Shown here one piece after another: positions 1 through 11,441 of a stretch of 64,000 nucleotides of DNA. The first letter of the stretch is position 1, and the number at the start of each line of letters is the position of its first letter. Source of the stretch: Botryllus schlosseri (taxonomy: Eukaryota); NCBI GenBank assembly GCA_051294905.1, contig CM119382.1, positions 25,916,001 to 25,980,000 of the forward strand, read 5' to 3'. The notes under the pieces are model-generated. The model made no database searches. It was not told where the DNA came from and was given only the letters and a program-made list of their open reading frames with translations. A program made the position numbers and the translations under genes.

Positions 1-36
1 GCTTTTACGCGAGAGACCTGCAAAAACCAACCATTA

Positions 37-1159
37 TCAGGATATGAAGTAGTTAACATGAATGCAGCTTACCATGAGCGCATCATCAACCCAGTATTCC
101 GTAAACTTTCTTTCCAAATAATCATGTTCAACAACTGCGGCAGCCAAATTCGCATGTTGAAACAAATACTTGGCAGATATATCGTGATCATTTGCTGAGC
201 AATAATGAAGAATTTTTATTCTGGCTTTTTGATGGAAAGCTTCATCATAATTTTTTTCGAACTCCTTTTTCCCATTAAAGATCTCTTCGGCAGTTAAAAA
301 TTTACCTCCATTTTTTGAGACTGATTGGTGAAAGCTCTGAAGTTCTTCGGTGCACAATTTTTTTATTCTAGCATTGCCGGTCAAACCACATTCAACTAGC
401 ATCAATGCAATGCAGGCTACATGTTTGCATGGCGCATTCAACCCGTCACCTGCAGTACATTCACATTCGCTGTTCATCAATTCTCCTGACGTGACGTGTT
501 ACATCTTAATTTGCACCAGTATTTGGCATGACGTTTCATTGATGCCCTGACCATTCCCGTATAAAAATATTGTTCACCAACCATTAGCACGGAACAAGCT
601 TCAACGCACATGGCTTCCAGCATTTTCATTCCCTTGGAAACTGATTTAACTTCTTTCACGCCATCCGTGCTACCAAACTTTATAAAATAACTCATGATGA
701 GGGCATTGCTAATGGATGGAATCATATCCGGTTGAAGTGTCATATAACCATTCATTGGCCAAGGAAATCGTTCTCCAGCTGTTCGAATAAAATTCCCGCA
801 CCTGAAGTCCTCGTTTCTGTCATACGCGCATAACCTGAATACAGATACATTATGTATAATGTATCACGGTCTGTTAAAAAATTATTTAGGATTGTTGTGA
901 CTGGTGACGATAGGCATGGAGATCTCGATTACAGTTTTTTTTTTATCTAGTCGTTATCTCATGCATGCGCGGGAAAATGTCAGTTTTTGTTTTGTAGAAT
1001 AAGTGTATCAATATTGTTACGGTACTGTCCTGATACTAACCATTCCACCAAATCACTCTTTCGGCCAGAAGTCCTGGCACCTCTTTTGGACAATTCTGTT
1101 TTCAGGCGGTCTACGGTCCACGAGGAAAATGTATTGGCATTCGATGACGTAGAACTCAT
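37..1159 (-). pseudogene. Spliced SAP-domain + SWIM zinc-finger gene, probably the accessory (YqaJ-type) ORF of an ISL2EU-like DNA transposon; frameshifted; continues off the left edge
   Basis: Exon 1 (1159-1041) reads MSSTSSNANTFSSWTVDRLKTELSKRGARTSGRKSDLVE (SAP-like) and ends at a GTTAGT donor. A ttcag acceptor at 836-835 joins in frame (W-LCAYDRNEDF...PWP-MNGY). SWIM motif: CECTAGDGLNAPCKHVACI. A 5-bp tandem duplication (TGACG, 487-496) shifts the frame. A GTAAGC donor near 72 suggests more exons outside the window. Confidence 0.75.
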
Positions 1160-1240
1160 AATGTTAGTTGATCTTTTTCGAATGATGTGAATAACTTAAG
1201 ACTAATCGATGGTATGATGCACTGCCGAGTGCCGATAAAG

Positions 1241-1921
1241 CAGGGCTGGCCAACCTTTTCAGCCAGAGGGCCACATTCGATTGACGAACTGTTGCGCGGG
1301 CCACTAGTTCACAGGACAATAATATTGTCACCTGACTATATTGCGGGCATGCCGTATATCGCTGGGCTCAGTTTGCAAGGACTGGGCTATCGTTGTCTGG
1401 ACATATCGATATCGAAAGATTCGACCAACATGCGTCAATCATTTTGTGCCTAGGTTTCATAGTCGACGGTCTTCCTGCGAGTGCAAACTCAAAGTCGCAT
1501 ATGTTGAAAGACACTTTGTCTCGTAATCGCGAATATAGTTAGATTCAATCTGATACATTAGGCGTTCTTTCATTTTCGCAAAGGGGCAACAATATTAAAA
1601 GCAAGAAATCGAGTGACAACATGTTGCGCGAAGCGTGTACAAAATTTTTACTTTTGATAAATCTATCGCAAATTGTTCTGCTTTATTGTTTGTAGTGTAC
1701 GAAGATCTACCAATATGTGACTGGCGCATGGATCTGCCAATGCGTCGTAACAGATATTTTAGTGATCACGTCTCAAGTGTTGCGGCCAGGCTAATCAAAT
1801 TTTTGGTTGGCCTCACAAGTTCACAATCTGTGCAATCCATTTTTGATAACATTAGAAATTTCGGAAATTACCTCGCGGGCAACTCAAAACCTTCCCGCGG
1901 GCCACGGGCTGGCCGGCCCTG
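1241..1921. mobile_element. hAT-type MITE
   Basis: Termini CAGGGCTGGCCAACC...GGCTGGCCGGCCCTG. Perfect 8-bp TSD CGATAAAG at 1233-1240 and 1922-1929. Confidence 0.9.
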
Positions 1922-2033
1922 CGATAAAGGCTTAAATCACTATAGTTTTCTTGGTAGTGAGAACACCGTGAGATCACAAGTAGGACTGGAAGGGCGCGCC
2001 TCTAGTGGTTGACCATGGATGTGAATGTCTCCC

Positions 2034-2425
2034 ATTGGTGGTGTTATAACTTGCGACCTGAGGGGTGAAATTTAATGAAACTGGTCTTAATCGAGCGAGA
2101 GCTACTGTCGCACTGATTCTGAGAATACACATAAAAATCTTGTTACGGAAATGGAACCACGTCAAAACATCCCTTAAAGTCTGAAAATCGGCATTGTTCT
2201 TAACAATCGCTTGACGAAATTGGCCATTGTTATGTTCATCGTGTTGCGGTGGTGCCATTGTTGGAACAATGCCGATTTTCAGATTTTGAGGGCTGTTTTG
2301 AGGTGGTTCCGTATCCCCGACAAGATTTTAATTTGTATTTTCGGAATCAGTGCGGCAGTAGCTCTCGATTAAGACCAGTTTCATTAGATTTCAGCCCTCG
2401 GGACGCAAGCTATAACACCACCAAT
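2034..2425. repeat. Foldback element (long imperfect palindrome)
   Basis: Arms of about 170 bp (2034-2207 and 2257-2425) are reverse complements, e.g. ATTGGTGGTGTTATA...TATAACACCACCAAT and GAAACTGGTCTTAATCGAG/CTCGATTAAGACCAGTTTC. Loop about 50 bp. Confidence 0.85.
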
Positions 2426-2662
2426 TATGCTGCTTTTAGATTGCTCAGCAACAAGTGTAACTGCTTGCCGGAGCGTAACGACGGGACTTGCGTATCTATC
2501 AAGCCCCGAACTACTGCCATCTCCGGCTAAGAAAATTTGCGTGATCACCCACTTACAGATGCATTGTGGGTAGTAGGCTGGACGACTTAGTACACGCGCT
2601 TATGGAAAAGCGTCCAGTGTTGAAATATGTATGATTCGTAATGGGTTTGTAGTATTTTATAC

Positions 2663-2962
2663 TGCAACAATACATATCGTAAGTTCCTGGCAGTAGAAGT
2701 ATAGCTAACCAAAGTATTATAGGTTTAGCTGGCTGACTACTTAACCTGGAATCCTGTATCCTGGTGAGATCTTCTTAAGACGCAGATAGACGCAAGACAT
2801 ACGAATATATTTCAGACGTTGTTACAATTAGGTTTAGCAAATGAGTCTCCTGATTCGAGAGAATCAGTAGTTTTATACTAGAGACAAATTACTGTAGAAC
2901 AGGATGTCTCTCGGTTACGAGATATACACATTTCATGGTTGGATGATAACTGGAATCTCCTA
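2663..2962. repeat. Dispersed 300-bp repeat, copy 1 (copy 2 at 11041-11341)
   Basis: Near-identical direct copies starting TGCAACAATACAT and ending GGAATCTCCTATA. Confidence 0.85.
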
Positions 2963-2992
2963 TACAATCCCTTCATTGAAAAGGAAACTTAA

Positions 2993-3370
2993 AGGGACAC
3001 TGCGCTCTAAAAATGATGTGGTCTCAAATTGAAGGTAAAAATGAACAAAAAGTTTTGGCCGCAGCCATTTCCTTCAGAACGCCACCGTAATGGAGCTGCA
3101 ATTTATTGAAATTTCTAGAAGACCAGCTGCCACGGCTGCTCAACCCGTTACTTGGCACGATATATTCACCGTCGCACTTGCTCGACGCGATTAGGCAGTC
3201 ACGCAGAGAACGAATTTTAGATAGTTGTCAGCCGATGTTATGAAGGAAATGTGTCCAAGTTTCGTTCTCTGCGTGACTGCCTTATCGCTTCGAGCAAGTG
3301 CGACGAAGAAGACATCGTGCTATGTAACGGGTTAAGCAGGCCAGTATCAGCTACTCGTCCTTGCAGTACT
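2993..3370. mobile_element. Truncated Kolobok-type non-autonomous element (same family as the 42864 and 60439 ends)
   Basis: TTAA followed by AGGGACACTGC..AAAAATGATGTGGTCTCAAATTG matches the TIR at 42864. A partial inverted copy lies at about 3246-3370. Confidence 0.7.
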
Positions 3371-3764
3371 GGACACCTAAACAGAAGAATGGGCAAAAAG
3401 GAAGCGCTGCTTACTATATTCAGCCCATTTTGTGGAAGCAGAAAGGGCATTTAATACGTGTGGACTCTTTGTTACAAATCTCCGGTCTCGGCTACAGGAT
3501 ACCACTATTGATGTGGTGTACTTTATAAGGAGGGAGTTGCAGAAGCAGTGAACATTAAATTTGCGTGATTTTTCTCGTGTTCGCTCGTACTGCGCGTGTG
3601 CGTATAAATCTACCATAACACTGTGTAATGATTTTGCGATCCATTTTTCATGCAGACTTCGTGAAATCGATTATCTCACTTAGCATTCATTATCCGGTTA
3701 ACCGGTTAGCTAAATTTCAAATATCCGGATAGTGAAAATTATTGATATCCGAACTAACCCTAGT

Positions 3765-4492
3765 GGGTACCAACGGTGCATCTTTGTTCACAATATATTC
3801 CAGTGGTGTGCCTTGAAGCTCATTCAGATGTCCGATTTGTCGAATGAACAGTTCTCCAGGTGCAGATGTCCTAAGATTAGTTATGTTCGGTAGCGTATTA
3901 GAAAGGTGAAGGCTCCAGATATAGTAAAATTTACCTTAAGGCAGACGGAGTAGATGGGTTGCGATATCGATCAACAGATGGCTTGGCAATCACGATTGAG
4001 CTCACTGGTGCCGGCTGAATTTTTTCTCCACGTGGAACATTCCATGATTGCGGCATGCTTGTGCATGACAAATCCCTTGGAATGTCTTTCAGTCCTTGAA
4101 GCTTCAGGTACTGAATTGTCTTTATTAATGCATATGCATGAGAGCATATATCAGAACCAAGTCTGAAAAGAAATCAACAATATCTATTGCAAGATTCTCT
4201 GAAGAAACGATAGTTTTGATACTTACCCTGCCTTACAAGTGCAAGATGAATCAATAATGGATTTTCTAAAAACTTTGATTTCCATCGAATGTGGCACCTC
4301 ACTTTTCCGCATACTGCGATAACATCGCCCGCTCACCAGAATATTGCTTCCACAATAAGAGTGGATTGTCTCCTCAATCTTTATGCCCAAATCGTGTACA
4401 TAGCACTCCATGAAATACTTCGTAGCTTTTACCGCGGCGTTAGAAGAAAATGTTATACCACTCAAATCAAAAAAATCTGGTAGCATCTCCAT
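3765..4492 (-). pseudogene. Second spliced SWIM zinc-finger gene (ISL2EU-like accessory ORF), 3'-truncated
   Basis: Exons 4492-4227, 4162-3935 and 3870-about 3765, with canonical GTAAGT/TTTCAG and GTAAAT/CTTAG sites. The joined frame gives SSCTCKAG-LGSDICSHAYAL...LSCTSMPQSWNVPRG. Confidence 0.8.
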
Positions 4493-5609
4493 AGCTTCTA
4501 ATCAAATCAATGTAAATCATAAATTTCTGAAGACAGTATATGCTTGTATAAGTTGCTTAAGACCTTAGTCCATGAAACTGTCGAAATATGCGGTATCGCA
4601 ATCCTACAGTATACGAATAACAAGAAACAGCTAAGTGTTGGGCTTTATCCGTAATGTTATCAAAATGCATTCATTTTAGGACATATCATACTGCTGCGTA
4701 GTTGCCACCATTGCTGGTTATTTTGGTTTAGAATTACTGTAAATACATACTAGATCTATATTATTACCATTCATCAAAATCAGATATGCCTGATACAATG
4801 TAATTGAACTATGACTTCATCCGTTCACCTTTGACATAAGACTAAGAGCTCACAAATAGTAAGTTTGCCCTATGTTGCGGTTTGTTTACATCACACTGCA
4901 ATCTGATTGGTCCGTGTCAAAGGTCACGTAAGTGTCTATTGTAGCCTAACAAAATACGAGACCAACACACCATCGAAACAATAGCAAAGGCAAAGGCCTA
5001 AAAATATTTTTTATTTACTTAAGTGGCGTTGCACTATAAGGTTTTCATTAATGATTTTCTAATATACAAGTCAACCTAAATGAAAATACACGACACAACA
5101 ACTAACACTAACACATTAGAAAACCACACAAAATGAACATAATTTCTAGCCAAAATGCTAGAATTTACCACAAAATTTCCCATTGGTGGCTCAAAAAAAA
5201 ATCAATAATGGCACTACTGCCCACCAAGGGAGGATATCTAACTTCAAAAACAAGTCCTGGCCACCAATCTGTACAAGTGTGGCTGTTGGTAAAAAAAAAT
5301 CGGTACATATACTTCGATCAGTATATATATATATATTACGATTGAGTAAAATCGACGTTTACTTCAATCTCGCGGTGCACATCTGCTACTCAATAGCTGA
5401 GGGACATATCTGTTGTGTACCGACTATTCGTTCATTGCATGACATATCTAGCTAGTGGGTCACCTGTGGATTGCACATGTGACAGTCGGAGTCGAGCTGA
5501 TGCGATACTGAAGTATGCACGGTATTCTGTAAATAGCAATATCTTAAATGTAAAAGACGCGTGTGTTCACTTGTCTGAATCCTTAGCAAGATAGTAAGGA
5601 TAGAACAAT

Positions 5610-5622
5610 TGGCGACGAGGAT
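5610..5622 (+). promoter_or_regulatory. Primer-binding site, tRNA-Ser(GCU)-like
   Basis: TGGCGACGAGGAT lies 2 nt after the 5' LTR and is complementary to the recalled 3' end of metazoan tRNA-Ser(GCU) (...ATCCTCGTCGCCA). Confidence 0.75.
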
Positions 5623-5687
5623 TAAACTTGCCAAGTCAGTTGGATTACGATTTTGGCGTAAAAGGATTGCTGAAGAACAGAGGAACA

Positions 5688-6602
5688 ATGGCTTCAACGG
5701 GTAAAGGTTTGTCTTACTTCAATACGAATAAAGCTGCTGGATGGCCGAGCTGGATTGATAGATTTGAGATTTGGATGGTGGCAGAGGGTATTACAGACCC
5801 TGGCAAGAAACGTGCAAAACTGCTACATGAGGCCGGCGAAGACGTGTATGACATACTTAAGACCTTGCCTGACATTGAGGGGGACGAGGATGCGTATGTG
5901 AAGACTAAGAAGCAGCTTACGAACTATTTTATCCCGAAGCGGAATAAAATCTTTGAAAGGGGCCTCTTCCGGCAAACAAGACAAAATGCTGGTGAGCCCA
6001 TTCAATCGTACATTACGAGACTGAGGAAATTAGCTGCAACATGTCAGTTTCACAATACCGATGAAGAGATTGTGCAGCAGATAGTCTCTTGTGGTTGCAA
6101 TTCTCGTGTTAGAGAGAAGGCACTGCGACGTGACATGTCTTTGCAGCAATTGTACGACTATGCACAAAGTCTGGAACAATCAAGGCTTCAATCGAGGCGG
6201 ATTGAAAACCACCACCAAGAAGTGCCTGACGCACAGATGCAGGTAAATGCACAAAGTCAAGCAGTGCCATCCGATGGCGAAAGTATGAACATGAACAAGC
6301 AGAGAAATTACGCTCACGCCTGTTTCCGATGTCGCAGTACAAAACATTTGGCTCGGGCGTGCCCGTTCAAAGAAAAAGACTGTTCGTTTTGCGGAAGACG
6401 ACGGCACAGTGAGAAGGCTTGTTGTCGTTCGAAAGATTCGAATCAATCTTATCGAGAAACGGCTGGCTCAAGCAGCCAGAATAAAGTGAAAACGCTTAGC
6501 GCGGAAGACACAAGGAGTGAAGCCTTGGAAGAGTACGACGACAGTGACTTCCTGAATTCTATTGGCAAAGAAGAAAATGCAGATTCTGCTGATTTGGACT
6601 AG
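5688..6602 (+). CDS. gag: Gag with tandem zinc-knuckle-like motifs
   Basis: ATG at 5688. Mag-type gag motifs WPSWIDRFE and KRAKLLHEAG; knuckles CFRCRSTKHLARAC and CSFCGRRRHSEKAC. Ends in a single TAG that is in frame with the protease. Confidence 0.9.
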   Translation: MASTGKGLSYFNTNKAAGWPSWIDRFEIWMVAEGITDPGKKRAKLLHEAGEDVYDILKTLPDIEGDEDAYVKTKKQLTNYFIPKRNKIFERGLFRQTRQNAGEPIQSYITRLRKLAATCQFHNTDEEIVQQIVSCGCNSRVREKALRRDMSLQQLYDYAQSLEQSRLQSRRIENHHQEVPDAQMQVNAQSQAVPSDGESMNMNKQRNYAHACFRCRSTKHLARACPFKEKDCSFCGRRRHSEKACCRSKDSNQSYRETAGSSSQNKVKTLSAEDTRSEALEEYDDSDFLNSIGKEENADSADLD

Positions 6603-9600
6603 GGAGATACAAAGCCCTACTTCATTTATCTGGAAGTCGACAATAAACAGCAAGAGCTTGAATTGGATTGTGGTACTGCTCTCACAGTGTATCCACAGCA
6701 TGTCGTCAGAGAGTTGTGGCCCGATGCCCAACTGAAGGCGTTACCAAGGAAGCTTTATACTTACACGCGGCAACCACTGAAGGTCGCTGGATATATGGAT
6801 GTGTTGGTAAGATATGGAAACTTTGCTGGATATTTGCCATTGATCGTTGTCGACATGCCCAATTTGTCTGAACGACCGTTGTTGGGTAGGAATTGGATAA
6901 TTAGCATCAAACCGAGTTGGATATCGATTGACAAAGTCGATGTACAGGCTGGAAAGTCTGATATGGATGTACAGCAGCTTCTGAAGAAATACCCTGGCAT
7001 ATCAACTCCTGGTTTAGGCTGTGCTAAGACGACAGCTAAGCTGGAGGTTAGTGAATCAGTATTTCCGAAGTTTTTCAAAGCTCTTCCGGTACCGTTGGCT
7101 TTGAAGGCTGCATATGATGCGGAGATTGACCGACAGGTCAAGATGGGAGTACTGAAACCAGTGAAAACTGCAGATTGGGCTGCGCCAGTGGTTACAGTTG
7201 TGAAGTCTGATGGAAAGTCAGTGCGCTTGTGTGGGAGTTATGATCTTACAGTGAACAAAGCAAGTAAACTTGAACAGTATCCGCTACCGAAAGTGGATGA
7301 ACTGCTTACGACATTTGCTGGTGGACAGAAATTCTCTGTTATTGGCTTGAAGGAAGCTTATCCTCAGTTACCCTTGGCAGAAGAGAGTCAGAAGTACACC
7401 GTGATCAATACTGCTAAGGGGCTGTTTTCAACAAATCGTCTGGTATACGGAATATCCAGTGCTCCAGCGATATTTGGAAACACTGCTGAGTGGATTACCC
7501 CATGTGGGAGTTTTTCTGGATGATATTGGAGTCACAGGAAAAGACGATGCTGAGCACATGGCGAATTTGGAAGAAGTATTCAGACGATTGGAAGATGAAG
7601 GCTTGAAGATCAACACAGAGAAGTGTAAATGGATGGCTTCAGAGATCAAGTATCTGGGCTACAGAATTAGCAAAGATGGAGTGAGTCCGACCGAGGATAA
7701 CTTGAAAGCAGTACTTGAGGCGCCAGAGCCTGAAAATGTTGCACAAGTACGATCCTATCTGGGATTTCTGAATTATTATGGAAAGTTCATCAAGAACCTT
7801 TCGACGATTGCAGCACCGTTATACAGGCTGTTACGTGGTGATGTTAAATGGACTTGGGGCAAGGAAGAAAGAGACGCTTTTGCTTCTGAAGTCGCGATTT
7901 CAGACTTCAAGAGCCATAAACATCACGGTTCAATAAACCTTGTATGACCATTGTGACGTAACTGTTATATAGTTCACTGCCGTTCAGTTTCGCCCTCGTT
8001 GCCTGCTTTGTATCAGTTGCTAATATTTCGACTATCAATCTTATTCAATCGTATTTACATCGCAATTCTTATAGATCCTAAAATAATTATTATGAATAGT
8101 CTGATTCGAAATTTGTAACTGTCCTAAAGGAAACACCGTCAAGTAAGTATATATTGATTTATCCGGTACTAAACAATGTGTGTTAATTCGCTGTGTATTA
8201 ATGCTTTCAGAAAACCGTTTTTCGTCTGTGTAAAATAAAATCCAACGAAGCAGGCAGAAACGCGTCATCTTGGGGTGTTGGATAGGACGGTTATATCTCT
8301 ATTGTGTATACGTGGAAGATTCCACCCCTCTTTCGCGGTTACAGCTTCTACAAAGAAGTGCTTGTGTCGAGCGCCAGTCCTCGCTCATTTTGATATGATG
8401 GTGAAGAGGAAAGACCCGTTACGTATGGCTCACGTTCCTTGACAAAGGCGGAACGCAATTATAGTCAGTTGGACCGAGAAGCGTTGGCATTGGTTTTTGC
8501 TGTGAAAAAGTTTCATTCATTCCTTTATGGAAGATCGTTTGCCCTCGTGACTGATCACAAACCTCTATTGGGTTTGCTGGGCAAGGAAAAACCTCTTCCG
8601 GATAACGCATCTCCTCGGTTGATACGATGGAAAGTTCTACTTGATGGGCACGAGTACAAATTGGTTTATAAGCCAGGAGTCCAGCAAGCCAACAGCGATG
8701 CGTTGAGTAGACTGCCGCTGCCGGTGAATGGTAAGACAGAGCCATGTGGAGAAGTCGTGAAGTTGTTGTCAACTATGGATGCTCAGTTGATTAAGGCGGA
8801 AACCTTGCGAGCGTGTACGATGAAAGATCCTGTGTTGTCAGCAGCTGTGTCTTACAGCCAGAGAGGCTGGCCAAAAGCCTCGGACTTGGAATTTGAGTTG
8901 CATCCGTACAGAAATAAAGAAGCAGAACTGAGTGTTCATGAGGGATGTCTGTTTTGGGGAGGCAGAGTCGTTGTTCCTTCTCGATGCAGAAATGAGATGT
9001 TGATTCTGATGCATGATGGTCATCCTGGAATTTGTGCTATGAAGAAGATTGCACGCAGTTACGTGTGGTGGCCTGGATTAGATGCAGATATCGAAGATTT
9101 TGTGAAAAGCTGCAACCAGTGTCAACAGCTGAAACCGCAAGCTGCCAAGGTTACTATGAGCTCATGGTCATACCCTGATGCGGTTTGGGAAAGAATTCAT
9201 TTGGATAATTGTGGTCCGGTAGATGGGAAAATGCTGTTGATAGCAGTGGATGCATACAGCAAATGGCCGGAAGTTTATATAACGAATGGTGTTACCGCAG
9301 AAGAGACTATTAACGGTCTGCGAGATGGTTTTGCGGCATTTGGTCTACCTAAAGTATGTGTTACGGATAACGCAGGCTGTTTTGCTGGATCTGAATTTGC
9401 AGAGTTCATGAAGCTGAATGGGGTAAAGCATCTGTTTTCACCTCCCAGGCACCCTGCTTCTAACTGTCAGGCAGAGTCCATGGTTAAGCAGTGTAAACTT
9501 GGTTTGAAGAAGCAAAAAGCAGCGCCGTTGCAAGTGCGCTTACACCGTTGGCTTTTCCGTTATCGGAATACACCTCACAGTTTTACTGGTCAAACGCCGT

Positions 9601-10136
9601 CGGAAATGATGTATGGTCGAAAAATCAGGACTCACCTGGACTTGCCGGTCTCCTCATCTCGGTTCTCGAAACCAAGTACAATATTTAAACCGAGAGAAAG
9701 TCGGGTTTTCAAAGTTGGAGATCCTGTTTACCTTACTGAGATTGTTGGCTCTCGGTACAAATGGCTGCCTGGTACAGTTATGGCATGTGAAGGTCAATGT
9801 TGCAGGATTAAACTGAAAGATGGAAGATTTTTCAGACGACATTTGGATCATATTCGACCTCGCTATACAGTCGAAGAAGAACAAGTTGTTCGTGACGAAA
9901 TTGAAATGGAAGACATTCCAGAACCGGTAGTGGAAAATGCAGAGAGAAGTGACGAGTCTACTCCATTGGAGTCCAGCAGTTCGAGTGAGGAGAGGCCTGT
10001 TCCTGTTCCTACCGCGGATCGTGAGATTGAAATGATGAATGACGATGTGCGAGGATCTCCTTCATCTACTGGTGGGAGTTCTACAGTTACGAGATCGGGC
10101 AGGATCTGTAAACCTCCTGAAAGACTGAATCTCTGA
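6603..10136 (+). pseudogene. pol: pol (protease, RT, RNase H, integrase), disrupted
   Basis: Protease LELDCGTA; RT FLDD; integrase HDGH..C..C, HLDNCG, VTDNAG, QAES. Lesions: frameshift near 7475, solo LTR at 7887-8343, RNase H DAS segment missing near 8395. Confidence 0.92.
7887..8343. mobile_element. Solo LTR of an unrelated LTR retrotransposon
   Basis: 457 bp, TG...CA ends (TGAAGTCGCGA...TCGCGGTTACA), 5-bp TSD GCTTC at 7882-7886 and 8344-8348. Removing it restores DAFASTKKCLCRAPVLAHFD. Confidence 0.85.
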
Positions 10137-11040
10137 TTTTTGGTCTGGTGACTAAAACCTCGTTGTGTTGGACTTTTTTCTTTTCATATTAGTTTGTCAC
10201 CAGTGAGCGTTTTTTTTTGTGCCTTGTAAATGCTTGCTTGTGTTTTTTTTTTAATTATTCTCTGTTGTTGTGGGTCTCTCATCCATTAAGGGGAGGAGGA
10301 GTTGTTGTGTACCGACTATACGTTCATTGCATGACATATCTAGCTAGTGGGTCACCTGTGGATTGCACATGTGACAGTCGGAGTCGAGCTGATGCGATAC
10401 TGAAGTATGCACGGTATTCTGTAAATAGCAATATCTTAAATGTAAAAGACGCGTGTGTTCACTTGTCTGAATCCTTAGCAAGATAGTAAGGATAGAAAAA
10501 TATCTGCCTGTTGTAGCATATCCAAGGCAGGTTTCAAATGGGGTCTGGCTCTTTTTTTCGGTTGTGGGAAACTGCGTAATATTTGTTTGTATTCCCGGCT
10601 GGTCTGGCTTGAACAGACTTCAGGGGATTTTGCTGTCTCGGTACCATAGCTGCATATTTCGCATGTGGCTACGCATTTTGTTGTCGACGCTGGTCGGTCG
10701 ATTGATTGCTGGAGGGAGCGATATTACGTCGGTCGAGGTCGATTGCCGTAGAGAGCGGGATTGCGTCGGTAATCTGCTGTGGACATGTGGTCATCAGTCA
10801 GCATCCTTTTGCCGCATTGGTAGTGTACGGCCGGCATCAACCGTTTTTCCAATATCTCGTTTCGTTGCGAATCGGTACCGTTGATTTCGTAACACGAAAT
10901 AATGCCAGAATAGTTCCCCAAGTCGATCGAAAACGTTCGACGTCCCTTCCACTATGAGAGCTTGATGCACCGGAAGCGAATGCGAGATCGGTATCGTGCG
11001 AGCAATCTGAAACAGCACACGACACTCACTCGGGGCACCA

Positions 11041-11341
11041 TGCAACAATACATGTCGTAAGTTCCTGGGAGTAGAAGTATAGCTAACCAAAGTATTATAG
11101 GTTTAGCTGGCGGACTACTTAACCTGGAATCCTGTATCCTGGTGAGATCTTCTTAAGACGCAGATAGACGCAAGACATACGAATATATTTCAGACGTTGT
11201 TACAAGTAGGTTTAGCAAATGAGTCTCCTGATTCGAGAGAATCAGTAGTTTTATACTAGAGGCAAATTACTCTAGAACAGGATGTCTTTTGGTTACGAGA
11301 TATACACATTTCATGGTTGGATGATAACAGGAATCTCCTAT
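11041..11341. repeat. Dispersed 300-bp repeat, copy 2
   Basis: Matches 2663-2962. Confidence 0.85.
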
Positions 11342-11441
11342 AATACGAATGGTGCTTTGAATGAATAATCATCGTAACATTCAGGATTTGTTTCAGCCCC
11401 AATATCTCTTGTTTATATCTGTGTCATCTGTGTATTTCGAC

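Larger units (their letters stand above)
5411..10499 (+). mobile_element. Full-length Ty3/gypsy LTR retrotransposon (Mag-like), defective
   Basis: 197-bp LTRs at 5411-5607 and 10303-10499 with 2 mismatches. 5-bp TSD ATATC at 5406-5410 and 10500-10504. PBS and PPT present. Domain order gag-PR-RT-RH-IN. Confidence 0.97.

Noticed and set aside
5280-11040. Possible old LINE remnant flanking the first gypsy (IYIYTDRS-like on the minus strand near 5310; 10505-11040)
   Set aside because: Too degenerate to support a call without a search.
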